A stretch of DNA of 64,000 bases from Methanobacteriota archaeon (GTDB taxonomy: Archaea; Thermoplasmatota; Thermoplasmata; SG8-5; JAGLSY01): NCBI GenBank assembly GCA_020697715.1, contig JAEHCO010000001.1:874149-938148 (forward strand), written 5' to 3'. A program made the position numbers and the translations under genes. Within the stretch, counting starts at the first letter, position 1; every line of letters begins with the position of its first letter. The notes below the pieces were generated by a model. It made no database searches and was not told where the DNA came from. It was given only the letters and a program-made list of their open reading frames with translations. Shown here piece by piece: positions 9,914-21,931 of this stretch.

Positions 9914-10510
9914 TTGGCTGAATACAGACTCACCACACCAGTTGATGAAGAGACAATTTCCAAGCTGAAAGTTAATGATGTCGTTTACCTGAGCGGTACT
10001 GTTTTCACCGCTCGCGACGAGGCCCACATGGAACTGATGGAGGACGGCGGTGTCGAGGGATTTGACATGACTGGCCTTGGTCTTTACCATGCTGGACCTG
10101 TGATGAAAAAGGAAGGAGACGAATGGCAAGTGGTATCCGCTGGCCCGACCACGAGTTATAGAATGGAAACTCTGGAGCCCAAGTTCCTGGACATGTTCCC
10201 GGTGAAGCTGATAATCGGCAAGGGCGGCATGGGTCCGCTTACACTCGCGGCCCTGAAGAAGAACAATGTCGTTTATGTATCATTCACTGGCGGAGCCGGA
10301 GCTCTGGCCGCGAAAGGTCTGGGCAAGGTCAAGACCGTTTATTACCTTGACAAGCTGGGCATGCCCGAAGCTGTCTGGGTCTTCGAGGCCAAGGAATTCG
10401 GACCACTCGTTGTGTCGATGGATTCCCACGGTGATTCCCTATACGATGTGGTCAATGCTAAGACCAAGCAGCAGATGGAGAAGATCTTCAAGGAAACGCT
10501 GGGTGTTTGA
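9914..10510 (+). CDS. Class I fumarate hydratase, beta subunit
   Basis: TARDEAH, SAGPTTSYRM, IIGKGGM and LGMPEAVW motifs. Confidence 0.9.
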   Translation: MAEYRLTTPVDEETISKLKVNDVVYLSGTVFTARDEAHMELMEDGGVEGFDMTGLGLYHAGPVMKKEGDEWQVVSAGPTTSYRMETLEPKFLDMFPVKLIIGKGGMGPLTLAALKKNNVVYVSFTGGAGALAAKGLGKVKTVYYLDKLGMPEAVWVFEAKEFGPLVVSMDSHGDSLYDVVNAKTKQQMEKIFKETLGV

Positions 10511-10529
10511 ATCTGGCCAACACTGAATG

Positions 10530-10556
10530 ATGACCGCGGAAAAACACCGCGGTCAT
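10530..10556 (+). terminator. Stem-loop after the fumarase genes
   Basis: atgaccgcgg / ccgcggtcat 10-bp inverted repeat followed by a T-rich tract. Confidence 0.6.
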
Positions 10557-10596
10557 AAACCTTTATTACTTTCTTTTCATTACCCACGGCACGAGA

Positions 10597-11781
10597 GTGA
10601 ATAAAATGAAGATCCATGAATATCAGGCCAAGGAGATATTTGCCAGGTATGGAATACCCGTGCCAGAAGGTCAAATGGTCACAGAAGTGGGCGATGTAAA
10701 AAGATTTTTCGAAGAGAAGGGCGGGCCAGTTGTTGTCAAAGCTCAGATCCATGCCGGTGGCAGGGGTAAGGGCGGCGGGGTCAAGTTCTCCCCAACTGTC
10801 GAGGTCGCGGAACAGGCGGCCAAGGACATAATGGGCATGACATTGGTCACCCACCAGACCGGGCCAGAGGGAAAATTGGTCCAGAGACTTCTTGTCGAGA
10901 AGGCGGCCAATATCGAGACCGAGATGTACCTGGGATTCGTGATGGATCGTGAAACATCACGAGTTGCGATAATCGCTTCCACCGAAGGTGGCGTGGAGAT
11001 AGAAAAGGTCGCTGCTGAGACTCCGGAGAAGATAATCAAGATCTGGATCGACCCAGCTGTTGGTCTCATGCCTTTCCAGGCAAGGGAAGTTTGCTTCAAA
11101 TTGGGCCTTGAAGGAACTGCTTTCAAGGGCGGTGTGAAGATGCTTCAGAACCTTTACAGGATGTTCACTGAAGAGGATGCTTCCATGGCGGAGATCAATC
11201 CCATGATAGTTACAAAGGAAGGAGAAGCAATGGCGCTGGATGCGAAGGTCAATTTCGATGACAATGCCGGATTCAGGCAAAAACACCATGCGGAACTCCG
11301 TGACATCAGCGAGGAAGACCCACTGGAGGTCGAGGCTTCCAAGTTCGACCTCAATTATATCAAGTTGGATGGCAAGGTCGGTTGCATGGTGAATGGCGCG
11401 GGATTGGCAATGGCCACCATGGATCTCATCAAGCAATGTGGGAGCGAGCCAGCCAATTTCCTCGATGTCGGAGGATCAGCTTCTGCGGAAGGAGTGGAGA
11501 ATGCCTTCAGGATACTAATGAGCGACAAGGATGTCAAGTGCGTGTTGATAAATATCTTTGGCGGAATTGTCCGATGTGACAAGGTGGCCAATGGTGTTGT
11601 CGAGGCCATCAGGAATATCGGAAATGTTGAAGTTCCGATAGTTGTCAGATTAGAAGGCACAAATGCCAAAGAAGGCCTGGAAATAATCAACAATTCGGGA
11701 TTGAACTTCCACACAGCCCAGGGCTTTGCGGATGCGGCCAAGAAAGCTGCAGATCTTGCAGAAGGCAGAGGAGGTGCTTGA
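10597..11781 (+). CDS. sucC: Succinyl-CoA synthetase beta subunit
   Basis: [45 protein letters not shown] and [10 protein letters not shown] motifs. Confidence 0.95.
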   Translation: MNKMKIHEYQAKEIFARYGIPVPEGQMVTEVGDVKRFFEEKGGPVVVKAQIHAGGRGKGGGVKFSPTVEVAEQAAKDIMGMTLVTHQTGPEGKLVQRLLVEKAANIETEMYLGFVMDRETSRVAIIASTEGGVEIEKVAAETPEKIIKIWIDPAVGLMPFQAREVCFKLGLEGTAFKGGVKMLQNLYRMFTEEDASMAEINPMIVTKEGEAMALDAKVNFDDNAGFRQKHHAELRDISEEDPLEVEASKFDLNYIKLDGKVGCMVNGAGLAMATMDLIKQCGSEPANFLDVGGSASAEGVENAFRILMSDKDVKCVLINIFGGIVRCDKVANGVVEAIRNIGNVEVPIVVRLEGTNAKEGLEIINNSGLNFHTAQGFADAAKKAADLAEGRGGA

Positions 11782-11782
11782 T

Positions 11783-12652
11783 ATGGCAATTTTACTAAAA
11801 GAACACACGAAAGTGATGGTTCAGGGACTTGGCAAGGAAGGCCAGTTCCATGCGGAGAAGATGTTGGAATGCGGAACAAAGGTCGTTGCAGGAATTCGAC
11901 CTGGAAAGGCAGGCCAGGACGTTCTCGGAATACCATGCTTCAATACAGTCGCGGATGCAAAAGCCGCGACTGGCGCCAATGCTTCCATCATATTCGTACC
12001 ATCGCCCTTCGCGGCAGACGCGGTCATGGAGGCCATAGATGCGGAACTCGAACTGGTCGTCTTGATAACCGAAGGAATTCCAACACTGGACATGATCAAG
12101 GTCAAGAACAAACTAAAGAACAGCAAGACGAATCTCATAGGTCCTAATTGTCCAGGTATAATCACACCAGGTATTGGCAAAATGGGTATCTTGCCAGTTA
12201 GTATCTTCATACCTGGCAAGTGCGGTGTCATATCCCGATCTGGAACTCTCACATACGAGGTCGCGGCCCAGCTAACAGCAGTTGGTATTGGCCAGAGCAC
12301 GTGCATCGGTATCGGAGGAGACCCTGTAATAGGAACCTCACACAGGGACGCTCTCGAGATGTTCAATAATGACCCGGACACGGACATGGTCGCGCTTATC
12401 GGTGAGATCGGTGGAACTGATGAGGAAATTGCAGCTGAATATATCAAGGACCACATGACGAAGCCAGTGGTCGCATTTATAGCCGGATCAACAGCCCCCA
12501 AGGGTAAGAGAATGGGTCATGCTGGTGCTATCATCGCTGGTGGAAAAGGAACCGCAGCGGAAAAGAAGGAAGCCCTTCGAGCCGCGGGTGTCGCGGTCGC
12601 AGACTCTCCGGCGGATGTGGGTATCACTGCAAAGAGGATACTGGAAGGTTAA
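11783..12652 (+). CDS. sucD: Succinyl-CoA synthetase alpha subunit
   Basis: [21 protein letters not shown] and RMGHAGA (phospho-His). Start at 11783 after GGAGGTG. Confidence 0.95.
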   Translation: MAILLKEHTKVMVQGLGKEGQFHAEKMLECGTKVVAGIRPGKAGQDVLGIPCFNTVADAKAATGANASIIFVPSPFAADAVMEAIDAELELVVLITEGIPTLDMIKVKNKLKNSKTNLIGPNCPGIITPGIGKMGILPVSIFIPGKCGVISRSGTLTYEVAAQLTAVGIGQSTCIGIGGDPVIGTSHRDALEMFNNDPDTDMVALIGEIGGTDEEIAAEYIKDHMTKPVVAFIAGSTAPKGKRMGHAGAIIAGGKGTAAEKKEALRAAGVAVADSPADVGITAKRILEG

Positions 12653-12662
12653 GGTGCATGAG

Positions 12663-12700
12663 ACCCTCGCCCTTTGGACGAGGGTTATCTTCTTCTTCTT
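12663..12700 (+). terminator. Stem-loop terminator after sucD
   Basis: accctcg...cgagggt followed by a pyrimidine tract. Confidence 0.55.
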
Positions 12701-12853
12701 CATCATCATCCCGCATAATTTATGCAATGCCAGTATATTATCTATAGAATGCGAAAAATAACAATTATTAATTAATAATATATCAAAAATGAGAATATAT
12801 ATATAGTACAAATGCCATTGTGTTATACATAGCCAATAAGGGAGGATTATGAT

Positions 12854-14203
12854 ATGTTAGTGTTAGTTAGATTATTTCCAAAAGGTGGATTGAGTAATTT
12901 CTGTAATGTGTTTGAGAGCGAGAAGAGAAACCTGTACTGGGACGATGTAAAGCCCCTGTATGCTCTTCGCCAGGAAGGCAAGAGATATGTCAGCATACTT
13001 CTGGATGTGAAGAAGTTCGAAGCTGTTGAGAATGTTTTCTTGAAGGACGTTATGGCCATGGCGTCAGTAAGCCAGACCCGTACCATCCCGATCATGAGCC
13101 CGATATATTTCCCACTTCCAGAGGGACATCCGGAAGATATGGATCGATACATCGCCGTGCTGAGGGTGGATCCTGAAAATTACAAATCCGTGTACGATAA
13201 TATCGCGGCAACCAAGACAGATGGCAATGCCTTCATCAATTATGTATCGTACTCATTTGGGGATGATGACATAATAGTTTCAATGTTCGCAAAGGACAGG
13301 GAAGCTGCCAATAAATTTGCCAATGATAAGATAAATTCCATCGATGGAGTGAATGCGATGGATGTCTCGAAGATAGTTCGAAGGCTACCTATGCTCCCTC
13401 AGAATGAGATGAATGCCCATACAGATAGATTTATTTATTCAGCTCCTGCGGGAGAGGGCGGATCTCTGAAAAACCCAGATCTATTCAATAAATATGCCAG
13501 CGAGAAGGATTCCTTCACGGTCATAGTGAGGATGTTTGGCAAGACTGGTATGACCAAGTTATGGGATGAGATAAAGTCAGATGTTCCCAAGTTCGAAACT
13601 GAATTTATCAAACCTCTCTATGCTTCAAGACCTGAAAAGAAGAATTATTCATCAGTGATCTTTGAAGTAAACAATTTCGAAGATCTCAAGGATTTCGTTG
13701 TGGACAATATGCAGAATATGAGCTCGGTCAGCAAAACAAGGACTATACCCATGCTCGAACCTACGTATTTCCTGATGCCTAAACAACATCCTGATGGTCT
13801 GTTCAGGTTCCTCATAACTCTGCGAGTTCTTCCAAAGCATTACCAGGCAGTACGTTCGAAGATCACGGGATATGCGTATCCTGACAATGTTTACCTCACC
13901 TATGTATCATACACTCTTGGAGAGGATGATCTATTGGTATCCGTGCTGGCAGAATCAAGGAAAGCTGTCCAGAACTTTGCCAAATTGGCCTTTGAGAATA
14001 TGGACAGTGTGACATCGTACGACATTTCCAATCAGATGGCCACAACGAGATTGACCAGCCCGGAGACTTGGAAGAAGCATCAGAACCGCTTCCTTTCGAA
14101 CTTTGACAAGCATCACAAGAAGGAGTATGATTCCAGATATGACTGGACTGATGAGTTCAAAGACGATGCCGCTATGTCTGGCGCCTTTGTCAGCGATCTA
14201 TAA
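12854..14203 (+). CDS. Internally duplicated protein of Lrp/AsnC ligand-binding-like (RAM) domains, no HTH seen
   Basis: The two ~215-aa halves align by eye (KPLYA, VSxTRTIP, YVSYxxGxDD). The GxxDxxV and V..T.T patterns are typical of AsnC C-terminal domains. Confidence 0.6.
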   Translation: MLVLVRLFPKGGLSNFCNVFESEKRNLYWDDVKPLYALRQEGKRYVSILLDVKKFEAVENVFLKDVMAMASVSQTRTIPIMSPIYFPLPEGHPEDMDRYIAVLRVDPENYKSVYDNIAATKTDGNAFINYVSYSFGDDDIIVSMFAKDREAANKFANDKINSIDGVNAMDVSKIVRRLPMLPQNEMNAHTDRFIYSAPAGEGGSLKNPDLFNKYASEKDSFTVIVRMFGKTGMTKLWDEIKSDVPKFETEFIKPLYASRPEKKNYSSVIFEVNNFEDLKDFVVDNMQNMSSVSKTRTIPMLEPTYFLMPKQHPDGLFRFLITLRVLPKHYQAVRSKITGYAYPDNVYLTYVSYTLGEDDLLVSVLAESRKAVQNFAKLAFENMDSVTSYDISNQMATTRLTSPETWKKHQNRFLSNFDKHHKKEYDSRYDWTDEFKDDAAMSGAFVSDL

Positions 14204-14213
14204 AATAGATAAA

Positions 14214-14255
14214 CGGAGGCCGTTGTAATTTCGGCCTCCGATCTTTCATTTTAAA
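14214..14255 (+). terminator. Stem-loop terminator
   Basis: cggaggccg / cggcctccg followed by a T-rich tract. Confidence 0.65.
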
Positions 14256-14278
14256 TATTTTTCTTAGAAAGTTATAGA

Positions 14279-14309
14279 TTATTAAGAGTTTAATAAAAAC
14301 TCTTAATAA
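14279..14309. promoter_or_regulatory. 13-bp inverted repeat (operator-like) upstream of aconitase
   Basis: ttattaagagttt-aataa-aaactcttaataa, a perfect inverted repeat in the AT-rich promoter region. Confidence 0.5.
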
Positions 14310-14411
14310 CCTCTTTTACTTTACCCAGTGATATCTTAGCATAGATAACCTTTAATTAACAGTTAAAGGGGGGTTTGAAAACAGTATTGAATAGATATAG
14401 GATTGATTATC

Positions 14412-16346
14412 ATGGGTAGAAGTTTGACACGTAAGATTTTAGAGGAACATTTGGTAGTGGGCGAATATGTGCCTGGGAATGAGATCGGCATCAAGATCGA
14501 TCAGACATTGACCCAGGACGCGACAGGGACCATGGCTTATTTGCAATTCGAGGCTATGGGTCTAGACAAGGTCAAGACCGAGCTTTCTGTAAGCTATGTG
14601 GATCATAATACGGTCCAGGTAGGTTTCGAGAATGCGGATGATCACAAATATTTACAATCGGTGGCCGCCAAGTTCGGCATCGTGTATTCAAAGGCTGGCA
14701 ATGGAATTTGCCACCAGGTCCACTTAGAGAGATTTGGTAAGCCAGGAAAGACAATGACTGGCTCGGACAGCCACACTCCAACAGGCGGTGGCATTGGTAT
14801 GATATCCATAGGTGCTGGTGGCTTGGATGTCGCTGTCGCCATGGGTGGCGGGCCATTTTACATAACATGCCCCAGGGTGTACAAGATAAACCTGGTGGGC
14901 GAGCTTTCAGACTGGGTCAGTGCGAAAGATGTGGTTCTGAAAATGCTGGAGATATTCAGCGTCAAGGGCAATGTTGGCGTGATAATGGAATATGCTGGCC
15001 CTGGTGTTGCCACTCTTTCCGTCCCGGAAAGAGCGACCATCACGAACATGGGAGCCGAAATGGGAGTTACCACTTCCATTTTTCCATCGGACGAGGAGAC
15101 CAGGCGATTCTTGAAAGCACAGGGTCGCGAAGACGATTGGACAGCGATGGCCGCGGATGATGATGCGGAATATGACAAGGTCATCGATCTCGATCTAAGC
15201 ACTATCGAACCAATGGCCGCAGCTCCTCACAGCCCGGGAAAGGTCATCAAGGTAAGCGAGATGACAGGTACCAAGGTGGACCAAGTTTTGGTTGGCTCTT
15301 GTACAAATTCATCCTACAAGGACATGGTGACGGTTGCCAAGATAATGAAGGGCAAGCGAGCCCACCCAGATACATCATTCGGAATAGCCCCTGGTTCAAG
15401 ACAGGTGCTTCAGATGATCGCCAAGGAAGGATACCTGGCAGATCTAATTGATAGTGGTGCCAGGGTTTTGGAATCCGCATGCGGCTTTTGCATTGGAAAT
15501 CACCAGAGCCCGAAGACCGATGCCATATCCCTCAGGACGAATAACAGGAACTTCGAAGGACGTAGTGGTACAAAGAGCGCGCAAGTTTACTTGATAAGTC
15601 CAGAAGTGGCGGCTGTTTCCGCAGTAGCTGGAACCTTCACCGATCCCCGAACTGCTGGTCTTGCTTTCCCGAATGTGGAAATGCCAGATAATTTCCTTAT
15701 CGACGATTCCATGTTCATATTCCCGCAGGATGCTCCACCCAATGTCGAGGTCTACAGGGGTCCGAATATCGGTAACCCTCCAAGCAATGACAGGATGTCT
15801 GACGATATCATTGGGGACATCATGCTCAAGGTGGGGGACAATATAACCACCGATCATATCATGCCAGCAGGAGCAAGATTGAAGTATCGATCCAATGTTC
15901 CAAAATACTCCGAGTTCGTATTTGAACCAGTGGACACCACCTTCCCAACACGTTCGATGGAGAACAAGGAGAAAGGCAGACACAATATCATCATGGCCGG
16001 AAAATCATACGGCCAAGGTAGTTCACGAGAGCATGCGGCACTTTGTCCCATGTACCTCGGTGTGAAGGCTGTTATCGCGAAGTCCGTCGAGAGGATACAT
16101 GCGGCTAACCTTGTGAACTTCGGAATAGTTTCACTGGCTTTCAAGAATGAAGCTGATTATGACAAGGTAGATCAGGGTGATGAGATCGAGATGCCCGGTA
16201 TCAAACAGAAGATCATGGCCAGTGAGCCCGTGATGCTTGTGAACAAGACCAAGGGCATGGAATTGGAGCTCACATACGATCTATCGGACAGACAGAAGGA
16301 GATCCTATGCGAGGGTGGGCTACTGGCCTACACCGTGAAGGAGTAA
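14412..16346 (+). CDS. acn: Aconitate hydratase (short single-chain type)
   Basis: TQDATGT, DHN, GNGICHQVH, GSDSHT, GSCTN, CGFCIG, NRNFEGR, ITTDHI and YGQGSSREHAA motifs. Confidence 0.92.
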   Translation: MGRSLTRKILEEHLVVGEYVPGNEIGIKIDQTLTQDATGTMAYLQFEAMGLDKVKTELSVSYVDHNTVQVGFENADDHKYLQSVAAKFGIVYSKAGNGICHQVHLERFGKPGKTMTGSDSHTPTGGGIGMISIGAGGLDVAVAMGGGPFYITCPRVYKINLVGELSDWVSAKDVVLKMLEIFSVKGNVGVIMEYAGPGVATLSVPERATITNMGAEMGVTTSIFPSDEETRRFLKAQGREDDWTAMAADDDAEYDKVIDLDLSTIEPMAAAPHSPGKVIKVSEMTGTKVDQVLVGSCTNSSYKDMVTVAKIMKGKRAHPDTSFGIAPGSRQVLQMIAKEGYLADLIDSGARVLESACGFCIGNHQSPKTDAISLRTNNRNFEGRSGTKSAQVYLISPEVAAVSAVAGTFTDPRTAGLAFPNVEMPDNFLIDDSMFIFPQDAPPNVEVYRGPNIGNPPSNDRMSDDIIGDIMLKVGDNITTDHIMPAGARLKYRSNVPKYSEFVFEPVDTTFPTRSMENKEKGRHNIIMAGKSYGQGSSREHAALCPMYLGVKAVIAKSVERIHAANLVNFGIVSLAFKNEADYDKVDQGDEIEMPGIKQKIMASEPVMLVNKTKGMELELTYDLSDRQKEILCEGGLLAYTVKE

Positions 16347-16464
16347 AATCACATTACTAAAAATAATGAATATTGAGAGAAAATGAATTAAGGAGGAGGT
16401 AAGTTGAATGTGCGAATCCAATTCGCACATTCAAATTTCCAACTTGAAAAGGAGGAAATCAAAT

Positions 16465-17742
16465 ATGGCACAAAAAGCAATAAGAGAGGCGGACGGAAAG
16501 AAGATGATGGCCCGCCTATTGAAAGATTACACTGGTGGCAAGTACCCTGTCAAGGACAGATACATCACCATTGGACCAGAGACCGATATGAAGAAATTAC
16601 CAAATAAATACAAATGGCTGACCAAGGAGAAGTTGGTCGTGAAGCCAGACCAACTTATCAAGAGACGAGGCAAGAGCAAGCTTCTTCTGCTTAACACGGA
16701 CTGGAAAGAAGCCGAGAAATGGATCAAGGCAAGGATGAGCAAGAAAGTCACAGTTGGAAAAACAACTGGCGTACTGGATCATTTCATTGTCGAGCCTTTC
16801 ATACCACATGAGCAGAAGGACGAGTATTACTTCGCCATAACATCCGTACTGGAAGGCGATCTTGTTCTATTCTACCATGAAGGAGGAGTGGATGTTGGAG
16901 ATATTGATGCGAAGGCAACAAAAATGCTCGTGCCAATAGGTGAAATGCCAACAGCCGCTGAGTTTGAGAAGAAGCTCGTGGCCAAGGCACCGAAGGACCG
17001 CAAGAAGATGTTGGCAGAGTTCTTCGAGGGCATGTACAAATTCTACGCAGACCTGAACTTCGCTTATCTGGAGATCAATCCCGTGGTTGTCGTTGGAAAA
17101 GACATCTATCCACTGGATCTGGCTGCCAAGCTGGATGACACTGCCAAATTTGTTTCAGGTAAGAAATGGGGCGATGTCGAGTTCCCATCACCATTTGGCA
17201 GGATAAGGACTCCGGAGGAGGAGTACATCGACATGCTGGATGGAAAGACCGGATCTTCTCTAAAGTTAACCGTATTGAACCCTGAAGGAAGGATATGGAC
17301 CATGGTCGCAGGTGGCGGAGCTTCTGTCATCTATGCCGATACCATTACCGATCTTGGCTTCATGGATGAGATGGCTAATTATGGTGAATACTCGGGAAAT
17401 CCCAATGAGGAGTTCACTTACCTTTATGCGAAGACCATATTGGATCTCATGACCAAGAAGCCGAACAAGAAGGGCAAATATCTGATAGTTGGCGGAGGTA
17501 TCGCCAACTTCACGGATGTTGCTAAAACTTTCACTGGCATTATTCGCGCCCTGCGCGAATACGGTGACAAACTGAAGAAACAGAAGGTCAAGATATATGT
17601 GAGAAGGGGTGGACCGAACTACGCGACTGGATTGAAGAATATCGGAGCCCTAAAAGAGGAAATTGGCCTGGACATCGAGGTCTATGGGCCGGAGACTCAC
17701 ATGACGAACATTGTTTCCATGGCTTTGAAGGGAGGTAAGTGA
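16465..17742 (+). CDS. aclB: ATP citrate lyase, ATP-grasp/citrate-binding subunit
   Basis: [48 protein letters not shown] and RRGGPNY motifs. Start at 16465 after GGAGG. Confidence 0.93.
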   Translation: MAQKAIREADGKKMMARLLKDYTGGKYPVKDRYITIGPETDMKKLPNKYKWLTKEKLVVKPDQLIKRRGKSKLLLLNTDWKEAEKWIKARMSKKVTVGKTTGVLDHFIVEPFIPHEQKDEYYFAITSVLEGDLVLFYHEGGVDVGDIDAKATKMLVPIGEMPTAAEFEKKLVAKAPKDRKKMLAEFFEGMYKFYADLNFAYLEINPVVVVGKDIYPLDLAAKLDDTAKFVSGKKWGDVEFPSPFGRIRTPEEEYIDMLDGKTGSSLKLTVLNPEGRIWTMVAGGGASVIYADTITDLGFMDEMANYGEYSGNPNEEFTYLYAKTILDLMTKKPNKKGKYLIVGGGIANFTDVAKTFTGIIRALREYGDKLKKQKVKIYVRRGGPNYATGLKNIGALKEEIGLDIEVYGPETHMTNIVSMALKGGK

Positions 17743-17743
17743 A

Positions 17744-19606
17744 ATGGCTGCTAAAAAGACAACTCAGAAAAAGACCGAAAAGAAACCATACGAGCTTTTC
17801 GATAAAACAACACAGGCCTTCATCTACAATAGGCAAGTGGCGGCGACCCAGAGGATGCTTGATTTCGATTATGTAAGCGACAGGGAAACACCATCGGTCG
17901 CGGCTATCATCAATCCGACTGGCAAGGATGGCCTGGAGAAGTTCTTCTTCGGACCAAAGGAGATATTGATCCCCGTGTTCAAGTCCATGAAGGACGCGGC
18001 AAAGAAGCACAAGAACGTGGATGTGATGATCAGCTTCGCTTCCTTCAGGTCAGCACCTAAATCCGTCGAGGAAGCCTTCGAGATAAAGCAATTGAAAACA
18101 ATTGTTGTAATTGCCGAGGGTGTTCCAGAGAGAAGGATGAAGGAGCTTATCGCCAAGGCCAAGAAACTGGACCGCGTTATAATCGGGCCAGCAACTGTGG
18201 GTGGAATTCAGGCTGGAGCTTTCAAGATAGGCAATACCGCAGGAACTATCGACAATATCATCGAGTCAAAACTCGGAAGACCTGGCTCGGTTGGTTTCGT
18301 ATCCAAATCCGGTGGTCTGAGCAATGAGGCTTACAATATCATAGCCCGAAATACTGACGGTCTCTACGAAGGGATCGCCATCGGGGGCGACATGTATCCA
18401 GGAAGCACATTGATGGATCATCTCATGAGATATGAGAAGAACCCGAAGGTGAAGATGCTGGTATGTTTGGGAGAAGTAGGCGGAGTTGATGAATACAACA
18501 TTGTCGAGGCTCTTGAAAAGAAGAAGATAAATAAGCCACTGGTAATGTGGGTCACTGGCACCTGTGCCAAGGCCTTCAAGACCGATGTCCAGTTCGGACA
18601 TGCAGGAGCGAAAGCTGACGCAGAGGCCGAGACAGCCGATGCCAAGAACAAGGCATTGAAGAAAGCAGGCGCGATCGTGCCAAACTCCTTCGACGACTAT
18701 GCCTTGAAGATCAACCAAACCTACAAGAAATTGGTCAAGGCTGGCAAGATAAAGCCAGGTCCAGAACCAGTGGCTCCGATAATGCCAGCAGATTATGCCA
18801 AGGCTATGAAAGCCGGAGAAATAAGAAAACCATCCAGCTTTATCTCCACCATCTCAGATGAGAGGGGTGAGGAGCTTTACTACGGCAATATGGCGATAAC
18901 CGATGTGTTCAAGAAAGATATCGGACTGGGCGGTGTTCTCAGTATACTGTGGTTCAAGAAATTGATGCCAAGGTACGCTTGCAAATTCATCGAGAACGTG
19001 CTCATGGTCGTAGCCGACCACGGACCTGCTGTTTCCGGTGCACATAATACGATAGTCGCGACAAGAGCTGGCAAAGATCTCATTTCTTCACTTGTGAGCG
19101 GTTTGCTATGTATCGGGCCAAGGTTCGGAGGCGCGATAGACGGAGCTGCCCAGATGTTCTCCTCTGCTTATGATAGGGGACTGACACCTCAGGAATTCAT
19201 CGATGAGATGAAAGCTAAAGGCGTGAACATCCAGGGCATCGGTCACCGTGTGAAGAGTGTGCACAATCCGGATATGAGAGTGACAGTGATGAAGAACTAC
19301 GTGAAGAAGAACTTCAAGAAATCACCATTGCTGGACTATGCTTTGGAAGTGGAGAAACTAACCACTTCCAAGCGTGACAATCTCATACTGAATGTGGATG
19401 GTGTCATTGGAATATGCTTCGCCGACATGCTGAGAAACGAGTTTCCGAAGGCTGTGGCGGATGAATACATCAACATGGGCGCATTGAACGGTCTTTTCGT
19501 TCTCGGAAGAAGCATCGGCTTCATGGGACATCATATGGACCAGAAGAGATTGAAACAACCGATGTACAGGCATCCGTGGGATGATATCCTTTACATGAAG
19601 GAGTAA
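17744..19606 (+). CDS. aclA: ATP citrate lyase, CoA-binding plus citryl-CoA lyase subunit
   Basis: [24 protein letters not shown] (phospho-His), [20 protein letters not shown] and LNVDG motifs. Confidence 0.93.
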   Translation: MAAKKTTQKKTEKKPYELFDKTTQAFIYNRQVAATQRMLDFDYVSDRETPSVAAIINPTGKDGLEKFFFGPKEILIPVFKSMKDAAKKHKNVDVMISFASFRSAPKSVEEAFEIKQLKTIVVIAEGVPERRMKELIAKAKKLDRVIIGPATVGGIQAGAFKIGNTAGTIDNIIESKLGRPGSVGFVSKSGGLSNEAYNIIARNTDGLYEGIAIGGDMYPGSTLMDHLMRYEKNPKVKMLVCLGEVGGVDEYNIVEALEKKKINKPLVMWVTGTCAKAFKTDVQFGHAGAKADAEAETADAKNKALKKAGAIVPNSFDDYALKINQTYKKLVKAGKIKPGPEPVAPIMPADYAKAMKAGEIRKPSSFISTISDERGEELYYGNMAITDVFKKDIGLGGVLSILWFKKLMPRYACKFIENVLMVVADHGPAVSGAHNTIVATRAGKDLISSLVSGLLCIGPRFGGAIDGAAQMFSSAYDRGLTPQEFIDEMKAKGVNIQGIGHRVKSVHNPDMRVTVMKNYVKKNFKKSPLLDYALEVEKLTTSKRDNLILNVDGVIGICFADMLRNEFPKAVADEYINMGALNGLFVLGRSIGFMGHHMDQKRLKQPMYRHPWDDILYMKE

Positions 19607-19612
19607 TGGACC

Positions 19613-21841
19613 ATGACCAAAGGAAAGATAATATACACTATCGTGGACGAGGCTCCCGGCCTCGCCACTTACTCCTTTCTACCAGTGGTGAAGGCATTTA
19701 CAGAAGCAGCGGGTGTGTCCGTCGAAACAAGAGACATCTCTCTTGCTGGAAGGATCATAGCGAAGTTCCCCGAGAAACTCACGGAAGAACAGAGAATATC
19801 CGATGACCTGGCTGAGTTGGGTGATCTGGTAAAGAAACCAGAGGCCAATGTGATAAAACTACCATGCATCAGTGCTTCCCTGGGACAACTGAAGGCTACC
19901 GTGAAGGAACTTCAGGGAAAGGGATACAACCTGCCAGACTACCCAGAGGACCCTCATACTGATGAGGAGAAGGATATCAAGAGCAGATATGACAAGGTCA
20001 AGGGCTCGGCAGTGAATCCAGTTCTGAGAGAAGGTAATTCCGACAGAAGGGCTCCAGCCAGTGTGAAGAACTACGCACGGGCAAATCCTCATCCGATGGG
20101 TGAATGGACAGCCAATAATCCTGCCCATGTATCCACCATGTCCGAAGGAGACCTCGCGCACAATGAGATATCCACCACTATCAAGCCACAGGATATTGGA
20201 GACTGTGTAATAGAATTCCATAAAATGGACGGCTCCAAGGTCGTGCTCAAGGAAAGGACACCTCTTCTGGACGGGGAGATAATCGATGCCTCGAAGATGA
20301 GCAGGAATGCTCTAAGGGTCTTCCTGGAGGAGCAGATCAATGACTGCAAAGAGAAGGACCTGCTTTTCAGCATCCATCTGAAGGCAACTATGATGAAGGT
20401 GAGCGATCCCATATTCTTCGGGCATGCGGTCTCCGTATTCTTCAAGGAGGTCTTTGACAAGCACACCTCCACCTTTGAGGAATTGGGAGTGAATCCCAAT
20501 AATGGCCTCTCCGAGCTCTATCAGAAGCTGGACAAGCTGCCTGATGACAAGAAAGCGGAGATAATCGCTGATATCGAGGCGGTCAAGGCAAAGAGACCCA
20601 AGCTGGCAATGGTGGACTCAGACAAGGGCATCACCAACCTGCATGTGGGCAGCGACACTATCATCGACGCATCATTGCCCAGGTATGTTCGTGAATCTGG
20701 AACCATGTGGGGCCCTGACGGAAAGCAGCATCCTGCAAAGGCCATCATACCCGATTCCAGCTACGCTGGCATATACCAGGCGACAGTGGACGACTGCAAG
20801 GCCAACGGCGCATATGATCCAACCACCATGGGAACAGTTCCCAATGTAGGCCTAATGGCTCAAAAGGCAGAGGAATATGGATCCCATGACAAAACATTTG
20901 AGATATCTGGCAATGGAACTGTAAAGGTGGTCTCAGCAGTAGGCAATATTCTTTTGGAGATCTCAGTAGAGGACGGCGATGTCTTTAGGATGTGCCAGGT
21001 CAAGGACCTACCGATCCAAGATTGGGTCAAATTAGCTGTTACCAGGGCACGCGCCACTGGATGGCCAGCAATATTCTGGCTGGACAAGGACCGAGCCCAT
21101 GATGCTGAATTGATCGAGAAAGTGCACACTTACCTGCAGGACCATGACACGTCGGGCCTGAACATACAGGTCATGCCTCCTACCGAGGCCACCAAGTTCT
21201 CGGTCGAGAGGATGAGGAAGGGCGAGAACACGATCTCAGTGACTGGCAATGTCCTCAGGGACTACAATACGGACCTATTCCCAATACTTGAAGTGGGGAC
21301 CAGCGCCAAGATGCTCTCGATAGTACCGCTCATGAACGGCGGTGGATTGTTCGAGACCGGAGCTGGAGGATCAGCTCCAAAGCATGTGCAGCAGTTCCAG
21401 AAGGAGGGACATCTGAGATGGGATTCCTTGGGCGAGTTCCTTGCATTGGCAGCCAGTCTGGAGCATTTGGCCATCGTATTCGATAATCCTCGGGCGCAGA
21501 TATTGGCCGACACACTGGACAAAGCAAATGGCAAGTTCCTTCTTGAGGACAAGTCACCATCCAGGAAGGTCAATGAGCCAGACAATCGCCACAGCCATTT
21601 CTACCTGACAATGTACTGGGCTCAGGAACTGGCCGCTCAGAATGACGACCAGGAATTGCAAGCACGCTTTGCCAAGCTGGCGCAGGAATTGGAAGCCAAT
21701 GAGCAGAAGATATATGACGAGCTCATGACAGCACAGGGCCAGCCAGTTGATTACAATGGCTACTTCAAGCCCAATGACGAGCTTGCAGTTAAGGCCATGA
21801 GGCCGAGCGCGACCTTCAATGCACTAGTGGACAACCTTTGA
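19613..21841 (+). CDS. icd: Monomeric NADP-dependent isocitrate dehydrogenase
   Basis: 742 aa; [30 protein letters not shown] and [15 protein letters not shown] motifs. Confidence 0.95.
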   Translation: MTKGKIIYTIVDEAPGLATYSFLPVVKAFTEAAGVSVETRDISLAGRIIAKFPEKLTEEQRISDDLAELGDLVKKPEANVIKLPCISASLGQLKATVKELQGKGYNLPDYPEDPHTDEEKDIKSRYDKVKGSAVNPVLREGNSDRRAPASVKNYARANPHPMGEWTANNPAHVSTMSEGDLAHNEISTTIKPQDIGDCVIEFHKMDGSKVVLKERTPLLDGEIIDASKMSRNALRVFLEEQINDCKEKDLLFSIHLKATMMKVSDPIFFGHAVSVFFKEVFDKHTSTFEELGVNPNNGLSELYQKLDKLPDDKKAEIIADIEAVKAKRPKLAMVDSDKGITNLHVGSDTIIDASLPRYVRESGTMWGPDGKQHPAKAIIPDSSYAGIYQATVDDCKANGAYDPTTMGTVPNVGLMAQKAEEYGSHDKTFEISGNGTVKVVSAVGNILLEISVEDGDVFRMCQVKDLPIQDWVKLAVTRARATGWPAIFWLDKDRAHDAELIEKVHTYLQDHDTSGLNIQVMPPTEATKFSVERMRKGENTISVTGNVLRDYNTDLFPILEVGTSAKMLSIVPLMNGGGLFETGAGGSAPKHVQQFQKEGHLRWDSLGEFLALAASLEHLAIVFDNPRAQILADTLDKANGKFLLEDKSPSRKVNEPDNRHSHFYLTMYWAQELAAQNDDQELQARFAKLAQELEANEQKIYDELMTAQGQPVDYNGYFKPNDELAVKAMRPSATFNALVDNL

Positions 21842-21858
21842 TCGAGCGGAAGCAGAAA

Positions 21859-21905
21859 TGAAAGGCCGCTTCAAACGGCCTTTCACCATTTCATTTTCTT
21901 CAATT
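21859..21905 (+). terminator. Intrinsic-type terminator after icd
   Basis: tgaaaggccg / cggcctttca followed by T-rich runs. Confidence 0.7.
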
Positions 21906-21931
21906 TTTATTTATACCTCTTTCCCAATCTA

